Below are positions 9,808-19,254 of a stretch of 64,000 bases of DNA, piece after piece. The DNA is from a virus (taxonomy: Duplodnaviria; Caudoviricetes). Where the stretch lies: IMG/VR virus record IMGVR_UViG_3300005544_000022, positions 7,140 to 71,139 of that record; one strand, written 5' to 3'. Numbering within the stretch: the first letter of the stretch is position 1; each line of letters begins with the position of its first letter. The notes beneath the pieces are model-generated. The model was not told the DNA's origin. It saw nothing but the letters and a program-made list of their open reading frames with translations, and made no database searches. The position numbers and the translations under genes are program-made.

Positions 9808-10167
9808 GTGCTTCGCTTAATAGTCAAAGTGTGCCCGAAAGAAAATGGCCGTTTCAGTGATGACGAAAGCATCAATCTGAAATGCTACAAAGTTTTCGAG
9901 GTGGAACACGACGACTTAGAGGACTACATTACTGAGCAGCGCGACAATGGCCAGCCGATCAAGCTGGTGGCGATAGAAGTGTTCGAGCAAGCGCCGCTGC
10001 CATTGGCAACGCCAGTGTTTCCAGAGTACAAGCCGAGCGATACGAGCCCGGCAGCGCAGAACTCATTGATGGCAGCACTCGCAGCGAAGCACAAGCCGGC
10101 TAATGACTTCTGGGGCAGCCTGTTCAAGCGTAAACGCTACGTGCCGCCGCTCAACTTGCCTAAGTAG
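9808..10167 (+). CDS. hypothetical protein
   Basis: RBS ggagg; GTG start. Confidence 0.6.
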   Translation: MLRLIVKVCPKENGRFSDDESINLKCYKVFEVEHDDLEDYITEQRDNGQPIKLVAIEVFEQAPLPLATPVFPEYKPSDTSPAAQNSLMAALAAKHKPANDFWGSLFKRKRYVPPLNLPK

Positions 10168-10174
10168 AACTGGC

Positions 10175-10188
10175 GTTCAATTTTGAAC
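10175..10188. promoter_or_regulatory. palindrome GTTCAATTTTGAAC (recurring operator-like site)
   Basis: Exact reverse complement of the 3651 copy; lies between stop 10167 and ATG 10201. Confidence 0.6.
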
Positions 10189-10200
10189 CGGGGTCCAACT

Positions 10201-10314
10201 ATGCGTTGTGTGCTGATTGGCTTACTGTCACCTGTAGTTCTGCTGGCAATCGTGTGGGTGTTCCAAAAGCTGACGGGCTTTCACCATGACGGCCAACGCT
10301 ACAGGTTCAAGTAG
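10201..10314 (+). CDS. 37-aa membrane peptide
   Basis: Translated by hand: MRCVLIGLLSPVVLLAIVWVFQKLTGFHHDGQRYRFK. Confidence 0.45.
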   Translation: MRCVLIGLLSPVVLLAIVWVFQKLTGFHHDGQRYRFK

Positions 10315-10409
10315 AATAGGGGTCCGAGCCCGCAGGCCGAGAGCTCCCCGGCCACTAACTCGTGATGGGGGCTTGGGGTAACGGTGACGCTACCGCCCCG
10401 CTAGAAGTA

Positions 10410-10451
10410 ACTAAGGCGGTCGAGGGCGATGGGTTCCCTGACCGCCTTAGT
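10410..10451 (+). other. strong intergenic hairpin (12-bp stem plus 4-bp inner stem)
   Basis: actaaggcggtc 10410-10421 pairs with gaccgccttagt 10440-10451. Confidence 0.6.
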
Positions 10452-10550
10452 CGTTGCACCCGCGCCGTCAACCCCTTGCGCGTCACAGGAGCATCATAAC
10501 ACTAGCCTAACCATGCCTGATCGTCAACCTAAACTGAGGGAGAACTAGCT

Positions 10551-10886
10551 ATGAGCCTTAATTGGGAGAACGACAAATGCCGCAAGTGCAAGCTGGCGCG
10601 CACGCCTGAAGGGCACGACCCGTGCCTAGGTGAACTGCCGGGGGTTTTGTTCGCGTGTTGCGGGCACGGCAACGGTGCGGGGTATATCTATTTCCAAAAT
10701 GGCGTGCAAGTCAGGTTTGGCTTTTGCTCGATTGAGCAAGTATCACCTGACGAATTAGCTAGAGGCCGAGCATTGAAGCAGTCAGAGCTATTTGAGGCTT
10801 ACCGGCTCAGGCGATTGAATAGCAATGGGCTCAGCAGGGCTAGAACTAGAAGTGATAGGTGGGCTAACAAGTCATCAGAGGGTTAA
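10551..10886 (+). CDS. hypothetical Cys/His-rich protein
   Basis: CRKC...GHDPCLG.LPGV..ACCGHG; RBS gaggga. Confidence 0.65.
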   Translation: MSLNWENDKCRKCKLARTPEGHDPCLGELPGVLFACCGHGNGAGYIYFQNGVQVRFGFCSIEQVSPDELARGRALKQSELFEAYRLRRLNSNGLSRARTRSDRWANKSSEG

Positions 10887-11447
10887 GCGATAGGCAATAA
10901 GGGTCGAGGACCCCTTGCCGCCCCCGACTGGCAACTGGCACTAGTACTGCACTAGGGCTGGTTATCAGCAAGGTAAAGCAACAACCCAGAGGGTTAGATA
11001 TAGATTGTTGCTGTCAGCGTAACAGGTATTGCAGCGACCATTTGCAGGCACCGTGTTTGTGTGGCCGGTGAACGCCACCGCCCCCTACTGTCGTCGGGGT
11101 TTGGATTAGCATCGATCTGCAGCTACTTGGCGCTTGCTAGCCATTTCGCACCAGATCGATCAGTGTAGAACTGCTGTGTATACCCTTAGCCCTGTCAAGC
11201 ATCGGGTAGGTCGGGTCAGGCCCGGTCGCATTAGGCTTTGGCGAAGCCGTGGTCTTTCATTGTTGTGCGGTGAAAGGTCAAGTTCCGCTGAAGCATCATC
11301 AGGCCGTAGTCGCTAGGCAGTAGGCGATGGAGGTCACGCTTCAACACCACTCCAATCTTTAACAAGCTCGATCAGCTATTAGCTGGGCTCGCCTAGCAGG
11401 TACAACATACTGATGGTCTGGCTTCTAGTCAAACCATCAGCAAAACC

Positions 11448-11454
11448 CGTATGT
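11448..11454 (+). promoter_or_regulatory. CGTATGT putative phage promoter element
   Basis: Intergenic; preceded by an 8-bp hairpin (11410-11440) and followed by a GC hairpin. Confidence 0.5.
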
Positions 11455-11503
11455 AATCAACAGCGCACCGCGCGGGGTAATACACCGCGCTGCCTTATAA
11501 ACC

Positions 11504-12940
11504 ATGAGGGAAATCATGCCTAAGAAATCAAATACCGGGCCTGTCGGCGGTAACGTAAAAGCTTGGCAAATGGTAGACATCGTGAAGTACACCCCTGCCG
11601 AGCGTGCGCAGAATTTAGAGTTCATGCTAGACATACTACCAACTTTGATTATGCTGCCACAAAAAAGTATCAGCCGTAGAAATAGACCTGACCCGCGAGA
11701 ATTGCCATTTGGCACTCCATTCTGTTTTGCTGACCATAGCTGGCACCTATTCGGAGCTGGTACTCGGCAAGCTCTCAATTTGCCTATGGGCGTTTTGCAA
11801 AAAGCGCTCACTGAGAACGATAATGGAGCATCAGGTTTGCGTTTACAAACTTTGTTGCGTGATGAATTGCGTGATCTAACTAAACTTAGGCAATCTAGTG
11901 CTAGCGTGACATTGCCGGTTGGAACTAAACCCCCTAAGGAGCATGCAGCCATGCAGAGAAAAGTTGACGACACCATCAATGATGACAGTGGCGTAGAAGA
12001 GTTTGGTTATGGCGGGCCATTGCCTGACTGGTCGCACGCCCAGCAGTTGGCCAAGTTGCGGAAGCACAAAACTTCCAGAGTTACTACCAACACCGACGGC
12101 TTGGTCGCCTTCTGGGCAGCATTCAATGCGCAGACTGCTCAGGCTGATCTCGATCGTAAGCAACACAACCGCAAGCTAAAGCTCGACAAGCTGGCGGCAC
12201 TGGGCCGGATTGTCGAAAACGAAGGTGAGTGGGATGGCGAAAACGGTGAAACTGTGCAGTACGACATCTACGGCCGACTGATCAATGGCGACCACCGACT
12301 GACAGCCATCTCCAAGTGTACGGACCCGGATAAGAAGTTTGTACTGTTAGTGGTACTCAACGTTCCCCCCAAATCGCGCAAAACAATCGACCAGAATTGT
12401 GCTGCGCGCACGTTGGGTCATCAGGCTGAGATGTTTGGCTTCAAGGGCTATGGGAACGAAATGTCCGCAGCAGCGCATCAGCTGTGGGCGTATGGCATGG
12501 GTCAGCGTGGTCAAAGCACGCCCGCTTCTACCAACGATTTAGAGGCGATCTACAAACATCACCCACTGTTGTTTGGGATAGTAAAAAGTACAAAACGAAG
12601 CCACAAGTCCAAAGCAGTGCGTCGAGGGCTCGTTGCGGCGCTTGCCTGCATTGTTGCGACCTATGGAAATAACAGGGCTAAGGCTAAGTTGCCTGCTTTC
12701 TTGGAAGCAATTCAGTCAGGAAATGATGAAGGTAATGAGGCCCCAGCTAAGTACCACGCTTGGATCCTCGCTCGCATCAAGAAGCCATCGAGCGAGGTAA
12801 AATGGTACAATCTGATCAAGGCGTGGAATTTGTATTACAGCAGTGAGGACGTCAAGGGCAAATGGCTTGACAGTGGGGCTGATGTCGAGATTGATGGCAT
12901 ACCACCTGATAGCATTATCCTTGGCATGAATGCTCGGTAA
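11504..12940 (+). CDS. ParB/Srx-like domain protein (alternative start ATG 11951)
   Basis: GEWDGENGETVQYDIYGRLINGDHRLTAI and IDQNCAARTLG resemble the ParB-like GxW..GE.I....G.L.DGQHRL / ID.G..RT motifs. Confidence 0.6.
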   Translation: MREIMPKKSNTGPVGGNVKAWQMVDIVKYTPAERAQNLEFMLDILPTLIMLPQKSISRRNRPDPRELPFGTPFCFADHSWHLFGAGTRQALNLPMGVLQKALTENDNGASGLRLQTLLRDELRDLTKLRQSSASVTLPVGTKPPKEHAAMQRKVDDTINDDSGVEEFGYGGPLPDWSHAQQLAKLRKHKTSRVTTNTDGLVAFWAAFNAQTAQADLDRKQHNRKLKLDKLAALGRIVENEGEWDGENGETVQYDIYGRLINGDHRLTAISKCTDPDKKFVLLVVLNVPPKSRKTIDQNCAARTLGHQAEMFGFKGYGNEMSAAAHQLWAYGMGQRGQSTPASTNDLEAIYKHHPLLFGIVKSTKRSHKSKAVRRGLVAALACIVATYGNNRAKAKLPAFLEAIQSGNDEGNEAPAKYHAWILARIKKPSSEVKWYNLIKAWNLYYSSEDVKGKWLDSGADVEIDGIPPDSIILGMNAR

Positions 12941-12948
12941 AACAACAG

Positions 12949-12955
12949 CGTATGT
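12949..12955 (+). promoter_or_regulatory. CGTATGT-N6-TAG putative phage promoter element
   Basis: Intergenic, 9 nt after stop 12940. Confidence 0.5.
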
Positions 12956-12957
12956 CG

Positions 12958-12996
12958 AGGGTAGCTGAGCCATGCTTGGCTACCCTTTCTACTTTC
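12958..12996 (+). terminator. hairpin with pyrimidine tail (terminator or 5' stabiliser)
   Basis: agggtagc 12958-12965 / gctaccct 12979-12986, then ttctactttc. Confidence 0.45.
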
Positions 12997-13015
12997 AAAT
13001 GGAGCAAGACTACCA

Positions 13016-13588
13016 ATGACCAACCGAGACTATGAAGAAACAGAAGCTAATCGGCGGAACCAGGCTCATATGAATGCGTGGACAGAAAACGCTATAGAGG
13101 CCTGTCGCAATGATCCTGAATTCATGAAGACTGGACTTTGTCCAGTCTGTGTTTGCCATACCCCGTGCCTTTGCGATCAAGCGGCAATCGTATCGCGGAT
13201 GCGTGCATTCTACGAACTGCACAGACCTGGACTCAAAAACGGCTATGCGCCCGGCACCATCAATTCTTACCCTCATAGCTTGCCGGGGGTGGGTGGCGGC
13301 GCCCCGCTGCACTTAGGGACAGGCAGGGACCATCTGGACGAATTGCTGGTGCGACTGTACAACATCGTCGAGCGTGGGCTTGAGGCCAGAAAAGCCGGTA
13401 AGGAAATCGACCCACCTGTCACCACGGCTGAACGTATTGCGTGGGGGGAGCCAACCGCCGTGACTGAGCCGAGACTTGAACCTGAAACGTCATCGACGTA
13501 TGACCCTGTAAGCTGGACTGGCGAGGTACCCGAGCCTCTACTAATCAGGTTCTTCAAGTGGCTCGCGCGACCGCCTGTGATTAAGTAA
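13016..13588 (+). CDS. hypothetical protein
   Basis: RBS ggag; CPVCVCHTPCLC cluster. Confidence 0.65.
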   Translation: MTNRDYEETEANRRNQAHMNAWTENAIEACRNDPEFMKTGLCPVCVCHTPCLCDQAAIVSRMRAFYELHRPGLKNGYAPGTINSYPHSLPGVGGGAPLHLGTGRDHLDELLVRLYNIVERGLEARKAGKEIDPPVTTAERIAWGEPTAVTEPRLEPETSSTYDPVSWTGEVPEPLLIRFFKWLARPPVIK

Positions 13589-13634
13589 GTCTGACGAGTA
13601 CCACTGCACCGACTAACCCTAATGGAGAACTGAC

Positions 13635-14387
13635 ATGCAAAAGTCTAACGATACCGCAGCAGAACGCCTCATTCGCGTTTCGTACACTGAAGGTGGCGGC
13701 CTTGGGCTGTTCATGATCGTACTCAACGAGTCCGCTTACCAGCACCATATCGGAAAAGAGCGCGGCGACCCAGCCGACAGAGTTGAGATCATGTGCGAGG
13801 GTCGACTGCCAGACGGCTCGCCATTTTTCCGCATCAGCGTGCTCACCTCGATCAAGGGGGGCGGCAGAGTTAGCTACGAAGCCCTCGCGACGAGCCGCCC
13901 CATATACGTGTACCGGCGGACAGCGGTGTTCTCTAACCGCTTCAAGAAACCCGGCTCGCGTGGCCAGGGGCTCGAACGCCCGTTCATGTTTGGGCGTACC
14001 AACGCAGTTGAGATGAGCTTGCCCCAAGTGGTCGATGCCGGCGTTGACATGACTACGGTTGGCGACAGCGACTTTTTCGTCTATGTCCCCATCGTCAACA
14101 TGCCGGCCCCAAAGATGCGGCCAAAGGAAATCGCCCGTCAAAGCCGCAAGCGTAAGTCAGTGAGAGAATTGACTGCTGGCGTCGCTGCCGGCGAGTTTCG
14201 CATGAACACTGCCGACTTGTTAACGGAAGTAGGATTTAAGTGGTTGGTAGAACAGATCAATGAGGCGATGAAGCACAACCCCAACTTGGGCATTGCGGGC
14301 GTCAATGCCGAGCGGGTAGAAGATGAAACTGTGCTACGCGGGTTTGTAACGGCTGTGCGCCGCCCCGTCACTTGGCAAAAGCTCTGA
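13635..14387 (+). CDS. hypothetical protein
   Basis: RBS ggagaa; 250-aa ORF. Confidence 0.7.
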   Translation: MQKSNDTAAERLIRVSYTEGGGLGLFMIVLNESAYQHHIGKERGDPADRVEIMCEGRLPDGSPFFRISVLTSIKGGGRVSYEALATSRPIYVYRRTAVFSNRFKKPGSRGQGLERPFMFGRTNAVEMSLPQVVDAGVDMTTVGDSDFFVYVPIVNMPAPKMRPKEIARQSRKRKSVRELTAGVAAGEFRMNTADLLTEVGFKWLVEQINEAMKHNPNLGIAGVNAERVEDETVLRGFVTAVRRPVTWQKL

Positions 14388-14452
14388 AGGGTATGTTAGT
14401 GTTAGGGCAGCTTTAGTCGAAGCTGCCCATCAGCCTTTAATGGAGCAGGACA

Positions 14453-14659
14453 ATGTCACCAGCAATAAGAATATGGCTAATAACTATGGGGGCCGGGGCT
14501 GCCATAATAGGAGGAATTATTTATTATAGAGATAGTCAAAAGCCTGATGATGTGATCGTCGCTGTATGTAGAGATGGAACCTACATTTACCGCAAACCCG
14601 ACGGCACCCATCGCCTCAAAAATGGCGCTGCTGTAAGCGGCCCTGAAGCCTGTAAGTAA
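14453..14659 (+). CDS. small membrane-anchored protein
   Basis: N-terminal hydrophobic helix; RBS ggagcagga. Confidence 0.55.
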   Translation: MSPAIRIWLITMGAGAAIIGGIIYYRDSQKPDDVIVAVCRDGTYIYRKPDGTHRLKNGAAVSGPEACK

Positions 14660-14667
14660 GAACTCGA

Positions 14668-14681
14668 GTTCAATTTCGAAC
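14668..14681. promoter_or_regulatory. palindrome GTTCAATTTCGAAC (recurring operator-like site)
   Basis: Between stop 14659 and GTG 14702. Confidence 0.6.
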
Positions 14682-14701
14682 TTTAACCAGGAGCACCAAC
14701 C

Positions 14702-15241
14702 GTGAAGAACCGCGACTGTTTGGAAGCCCTCGCCACCCTGCTCGAGACCCACGATTTCAAGCCGGGCAAGTTTCACCTCCACGCTTTCATGAGCTCTTAC
14801 GCCTATCTCCGTAACAGCTATGAAACACTGACGAATGAAGACCCGATATACCCCGCTGTCACTGAGCTAGCCGCGCGCAACGGCAATAGTCCAATTGTTA
14901 AGGATGGGCAGCTTATCGACTGCCGCACCGTTGGCTGCGCGATTGGCTGGGCCATTGTTCTACTTCCCATTTTTAAGGAGAGAGGGTTGACGTTTGGCCG
15001 GCCGTATAAAAGCCACGGCCACGACGTTCTGGGTATTGAGTATAGACCGCCAAACCCCAGAGATCATGATGCCGGCATGTATGCCGTGGAGAAATTCTTT
15101 GACCTATCTCCAACGGTGGCACAGTGGCTATTCGTGGCGCATGAGTATACCGTGGCCGAGCGCTCTAACCCGAAAGCAGTTGCCAGCCGCATTCGCGTAG
15201 TGCTAGAAAACCCAGAGCTAGCCGAGCCCTCGTACACCTAA
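14702..15241 (+). CDS. hypothetical protein
   Basis: RBS aggag; CRTVGCAIGW. Confidence 0.65.
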   Translation: MKNRDCLEALATLLETHDFKPGKFHLHAFMSSYAYLRNSYETLTNEDPIYPAVTELAARNGNSPIVKDGQLIDCRTVGCAIGWAIVLLPIFKERGLTFGRPYKSHGHDVLGIEYRPPNPRDHDAGMYAVEKFFDLSPTVAQWLFVAHEYTVAERSNPKAVASRIRVVLENPELAEPSYT

Positions 15242-15274
15242 AAGTTTGCAACGTTGGTAAAAGGAGAACTACGA

Positions 15275-15622
15275 ATGAAGCCCCAGAAAAGGCAGCAAGA
15301 ACCCGAGCCAGTCAGGCTGCCACCTCTTCCTGCTGCCTACTGCGAGTCCTACCAATACCGCATCGACAATCACCACGTTCTCACCTTATGGGGCAAGCAG
15401 GGCGACACATTCCACGTCGCCATGTCGATGCACGTCAACCTCTTTCGCCACCTGAATGAGCGGGTGATGCATTCGATTGAGGAGATGAAGCAACGGCAGA
15501 AGCCAAAAACCGACGAGCAAAACCCGCTCGGCATCGCAGCCCCGCCGACGGATGCAGCGGTCATCAAGCCGGTCGGCGAAAAGCCTCAAGAACCTGAAGC
15601 ACCTAAGGAGCAGCAACCATGA
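15275..15622 (+). CDS. hypothetical protein
   Basis: ORF 15254..15622; ATG 15275 after aaggag. Confidence 0.6.
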   Translation: MKPQKRQQEPEPVRLPPLPAAYCESYQYRIDNHHVLTLWGKQGDTFHVAMSMHVNLFRHLNERVMHSIEEMKQRQKPKTDEQNPLGIAAPPTDAAVIKPVGEKPQEPEAPKEQQP

Positions 15623-15903
15623 TACAGGCTACCGCCACAGCTGAGCTTCGCTGGGTACTACGTCCGGTAATCGCAGGCGCCGGGGGTAAGATGGACCAAA
15701 GCCCCGACGTGCCTATTCTGCAGCGCCGGTTTCATGCCGTCGAAAACCCCGGCGGCCACAACGAGCGCAGTTACTTCCTCTGGCTTGATGTGCCCATTGG
15801 TATCGAGCCCGAGGCCGACAAGCTGGCCAGATTAGCGGCTGAGAATGCTATGGCCGCCAACCAGCTAACGTTGCAGTGGCCGAGCGTCAAGTTGTTTGGT
15901 TAG
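15619..15903 (+). CDS. hypothetical protein
   Basis: ATGA overlap. Confidence 0.55.
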   Translation: MIQATATAELRWVLRPVIAGAGGKMDQSPDVPILQRRFHAVENPGGHNERSYFLWLDVPIGIEPEADKLARLAAENAMAANQLTLQWPSVKLFG

Positions 15904-15946
15904 ATGCGTAGATAGTGCTTGCGTCAAACGATAAAGGAACGTCACT

Positions 15947-16138
15947 ATGACAGGTCAAGACGTACTCGTGATCGCAGGCAGCCTAGGCTTCTTCGCCTAC
16001 TCATACTTCCTTTACAAATGGGGGTACGAGATGGGCCTAGCTGACGGTACCGCAACAGCCTACACGCGCGACGTGGAGGCTAGGCAGTCGGTGGAGCGCT
16101 TTCAACCCGAGCGCGCTTCGCCAAATAAGCTTCACTGA
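15947..16138 (+). CDS. small membrane protein
   Basis: RBS aagga; hydrophobic N-terminus. Confidence 0.55.
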   Translation: MTGQDVLVIAGSLGFFAYSYFLYKWGYEMGLADGTATAYTRDVEARQSVERFQPERASPNKLH

Positions 16139-16676
16139 GCTTGAAGACTAGCCTCCGGGCCTTTTCACTTTCGTTTGGAATTTGCATCACAGTGACAAAC
16201 CCGGAGGCTAGCATTCGTTCCTCGCCCTCAGTACGGCGCCTGATGTCGGTAACGACCAAGCCATTATCTGTCAGGCAGCGTCGGGCGAGATCCGTATAGG
16301 CTGAAATATTATAGTGATGTCCCCATGAGCGGAAGGACACGATCAAGTCAACGGGTGGAATTACTAGGTTTGGATCGGCGATGTGCCAATGACATTCGAC
16401 ATGGGGCAGCCGAGCTACGAAGTTGTTGTAGCCGTCTCTAACATCTGACCACGCCTCTGGCACCTTTTCAGTATATCCACCATTGTTACCAGTATCTTTA
16501 CAGCTACCGCCAGTTCCATCCATCAAGTGAACCCGGCCGATCTTGTAGTGATCGGCAATCAGCAAGCTTTTGACGGCGCGACCCGAGCCGATGTCTAGCA
16601 TAGATGTTGGCTTGATGTCGGGCAATGCCTCGACGAAACCTGCAAAGGTCTTCTGAGCTCTGTACAAACCCGACAT
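16080..16676 (-). CDS. class I SAM-dependent methyltransferase (paralogue 1 of 3)
   Basis: LDIGSG, HLMDGTG, SFRSWGHHY, DIR; ATG at 16676 with RBS agaggg; the only convincing minus-strand gene. Confidence 0.8.
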   Translation of the reverse strand: MSGLYRAQKTFAGFVEALPDIKPTSMLDIGSGRAVKSLLIADHYKIGRVHLMDGTGGSCKDTGNNGGYTEKVPEAWSDVRDGYNNFVARLPHVECHWHIADPNLVIPPVDLIVSFRSWGHHYNISAYTDLARRCLTDNGLVVTDIRRRTEGEERMLASGFVTVMQIPNESEKARRLVFKLSEAYLAKRARVESAPPTA

Positions 16677-16701
16677 GGTTTTCCCTCTATTTAACCCCGA
16701 C

Positions 16702-16708
16702 CGTATGT
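16702..16708 (+). promoter_or_regulatory. CGTATGT putative phage promoter element
   Basis: In the gap between the divergent starts 16676(-) and 16748(+). Confidence 0.45.
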
Positions 16709-16747
16709 GGTTATAGCAAACCCTCAACCAGTGAGCAAGGAGTGACT

Positions 16748-16978
16748 ATGATCTACCCAATCGAAAGCAAGCTTTACATGGAAGATGACAGGTTCATGCT
16801 ACAATGGCGCGGCCATAAGTACGTCGGAAGTGGTGGCGGTGGCGGCGGAGCTGGCAGTGGCGGAGGCGGCCCGGCAAATAGTAGTGAGTGCGGTGGAACG
16901 GTCGACTTAACCTCGCATATAGAAGGGATAATTCGCCACGTACTAGACTCGTACTTCACGGGCAAAAGGCCAACCTGA
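16748..16978 (+). CDS. hypothetical Gly-rich protein
   Basis: ORF 16625..16978; RBS aaggag before ATG 16748. Confidence 0.55.
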   Translation: MIYPIESKLYMEDDRFMLQWRGHKYVGSGGGGGGAGSGGGGPANSSECGGTVDLTSHIEGIIRHVLDSYFTGKRPT

Positions 16979-17115
16979 CACAAGCAAGGAGTTACCCAAT
17001 GCGCCTAATCCTACCCATCGTGCTACTGGTGACAAAAGTGTACGAGCTCTACGAAGCCTGCAAGATCAAGTGCTGTAAGCTGAGAAGCAGGGCTGGTTGC
17101 AAAGCTGGTGAATAA

Positions 17116-17337
17116 ATGCTAGGTCTTGCAGCGACAATCGAGGGTTGGCAGGAGGGACTAAAGATGAGCAGCAAGGTACTCGACCTCTATAACGCATCAC
17201 TGCCGTACTTGGCCAAAGCTTGGGCTTGGCTGGAGCAGGCCGCCGCGCAAGTATTCATCTGGGCGAAAACCTACACCCATGCCACCATGTTCATCATTGG
17301 GTTCTTCTTAGGCTTGATCGTAAGCCGCTTAATCTAG
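17116..17337 (+). CDS. small membrane protein
   Basis: C-terminal hydrophobic helix. Confidence 0.5.
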   Translation: MLGLAATIEGWQEGLKMSSKVLDLYNASLPYLAKAWAWLEQAAAQVFIWAKTYTHATMFIIGFFLGLIVSRLI

Positions 17338-17357
17338 CAACCAGAACGGGGGTCTGA

Positions 17358-17750
17358 ATGAGGGTACTGTCACCAAAGCTGATCGAGTGGTACGGCAACC
17401 CCACGCACTGGTGCCCAGCCTGCAAAGCTGGTCATCCTTTTCTAGTCAAAGTGCCTAACATCAAAACCAGCAAGCCACTCTGGTCATTCAATGGCGATTA
17501 CGACAGGCCGAGCTTTGCACCGAGCATGCGCATATTCTGGACTGATCGAAAGACTAGCCAGGAGCACACCGTTTGCCACTACTTTTTGACTGACGGGCAG
17601 ATCAAGTATTGTGAGGACTCGCCTCACAAGTTTGCCGGCAAAACGATTGACTTGCCTGATTTTCCAGAGGAGCAGTTTCAGTACTATGAGGAGGCCAACT
17701 CGTGGGGTCAACCGTCGAAGCCGCCTAACCTGACGCTGGTAAAGAAGTAG
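17358..17750 (+). CDS. DUF6527-like Cys/His protein
   Basis: HWCPAC..GH, WSFNGDYDRPSFAPS, CHYFLTDGQIKYCEDSPH..AG.TIDLPD. Confidence 0.65.
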   Translation: MRVLSPKLIEWYGNPTHWCPACKAGHPFLVKVPNIKTSKPLWSFNGDYDRPSFAPSMRIFWTDRKTSQEHTVCHYFLTDGQIKYCEDSPHKFAGKTIDLPDFPEEQFQYYEEANSWGQPSKPPNLTLVKK

Positions 17751-17756
17751 GCTATC

Positions 17757-18119
17757 ATGTGGATGCGACCTATAGTGTGCGTGCTCGCTTTGCTTGTTGC
17801 AGAGCAAGCTTTGGCGCATAGCTGGTACCCTCACGAATGCTGTACAGGGTTGGACTGCGCCGAGGTAACGCAGATAACGCATCCGACTGGGGAACAACTC
17901 GAAGCATTGATTGTACCGGGCACGCCAATGCCGCGCATGGTTGGTGGAATTGGCCCTATGGCTGTCACGACTAAATATGGAACAGTCGTCGTGCCCGACC
18001 AATTTCCCCGTCAGCGCTCACTCGATGGTAGCTGGCATGCCTGCATTCGCATCGTTGTGAAGAATAACGTGGTGCTGCTGCGTCGCCTGCTATGCTTGTT
18101 CGAACCTGACCCAATGTAG
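17757..18119 (+). CDS. secreted Cys-rich hypothetical protein
   Basis: Signal peptide (ALA/H cleavage), HSWYPHECC..LDC, SLDGSWHAC. Confidence 0.65.
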   Translation: MWMRPIVCVLALLVAEQALAHSWYPHECCTGLDCAEVTQITHPTGEQLEALIVPGTPMPRMVGGIGPMAVTTKYGTVVVPDQFPRQRSLDGSWHACIRIVVKNNVVLLRRLLCLFEPDPM

Positions 18120-18125
18120 AGTGCT

Positions 18126-18767
18126 ATGCAAACCATCGAAGGTATACATTTCCCCCAGCCGGTGCTGGATCACTTGAATGCGATTGCGCCGACGTGGGCG
18201 CAGACGTTAATTGACCGAGCGTGGATGGCTTATATCGCTATGGAGAAAGCCCTCAACCACGCCGTCGAGCGGAATGAAGTCAAAACCCTGCTCGACATAG
18301 GTGCTGACGCCGGCATGATTGATATTCTGCTAGGCGCCACCTCACAATTCCCCCGACTGACCGACATTTATTTGCTTGACGGCGATGGCACAAGCACGCG
18401 CCTCAGTGAGAAGTATAGCGCAGAGCAGGTAGCCTGGAACAATGTGCATATGGGCGTCGAGTTGGTGAAGGCCAACGTTAATTCCAACATTGCCGTGCAT
18501 GCTGTGAAGCCAGACCCGAGCTTGATATTGCCCCAAGCCATGGATGTGATACTCAGCCTCAAGTCGTGGGGGCATCACTACCCCGTCGAGGTGTATCTCG
18601 AGTTCGTGAAGCATAACTTGGCTGCAACCGGCGTCGTGCTGCTTGACATCCGCGAAAACACCAACGGCCGCCAAGTGCTAGAGGCTAACGGCTTCAAGGT
18701 AGTCGAGTTGATACCAGATAGGTCATCAAAGTGCCAACGTATGTTATTGAAGAGAGGGCAGTCATGA
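18126..18767 (+). CDS. class I SAM-dependent methyltransferase (paralogue 2 of 3)
   Basis: LLDIGADAG, YLLDGDG, SLKSWGHHYP, DIR. Confidence 0.8.
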   Translation: MQTIEGIHFPQPVLDHLNAIAPTWAQTLIDRAWMAYIAMEKALNHAVERNEVKTLLDIGADAGMIDILLGATSQFPRLTDIYLLDGDGTSTRLSEKYSAEQVAWNNVHMGVELVKANVNSNIAVHAVKPDPSLILPQAMDVILSLKSWGHHYPVEVYLEFVKHNLAATGVVLLDIRENTNGRQVLEANGFKVVELIPDRSSKCQRMLLKRGQS

Positions 18768-18982
18768 TTGGAGCAGTGTCATTTGTATTAGGGCTAGCCC
18801 TCGCCATCTATGGTGAATATAAGATTGACAGCTACGATGACCGAATGGGCATTCGCCCCGGCGCATCTATCGACGGCTACGGCTCGAACATCAGCTATGT
18901 ATGGCCTTACACACACTTCTGCCAAATTGGATTTCTAATTGCTTTGCTGTCACCAGTCATTGGTCTGTTGGCGCACTACTAA
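18764..18982 (+). CDS. small membrane protein
   Basis: ATGA overlap; two hydrophobic segments. Confidence 0.55.
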   Translation: MIGAVSFVLGLALAIYGEYKIDSYDDRMGIRPGASIDGYGSNISYVWPYTHFCQIGFLIALLSPVIGLLAHY

Positions 18983-18996
18983 CAAAGGGGCACTCA

Positions 18997-19254
18997 ATGT
19001 CAAGATACCTTTACCCTCGTGAGGAGCGAGGCACTAACGTCGAGCTACCTTCGACTATCGCTCAATGGAGGGCTAACATCGCCTACCGCTGCAAGCTGCG
19101 TGACACAGTAGTCTGGACCAATACAAAGATCGAACCAGATGACGTACCTATCACGCGGGTTGAGTTGTTCAAATTCAAGATCGTGAAGCCTGCAGAACCT
19201 ACCAATTCATGGAGCTTGCAGCGATGCGGATCACCTGGACTGAAAAGTCAGTAG
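18997..19254 (+). CDS. hypothetical protein
   Basis: ORF 18901..19254; RBS aagggg before ATG 18997. Confidence 0.5.
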   Translation: MSRYLYPREERGTNVELPSTIAQWRANIAYRCKLRDTVVWTNTKIEPDDVPITRVELFKFKIVKPAEPTNSWSLQRCGSPGLKSQ

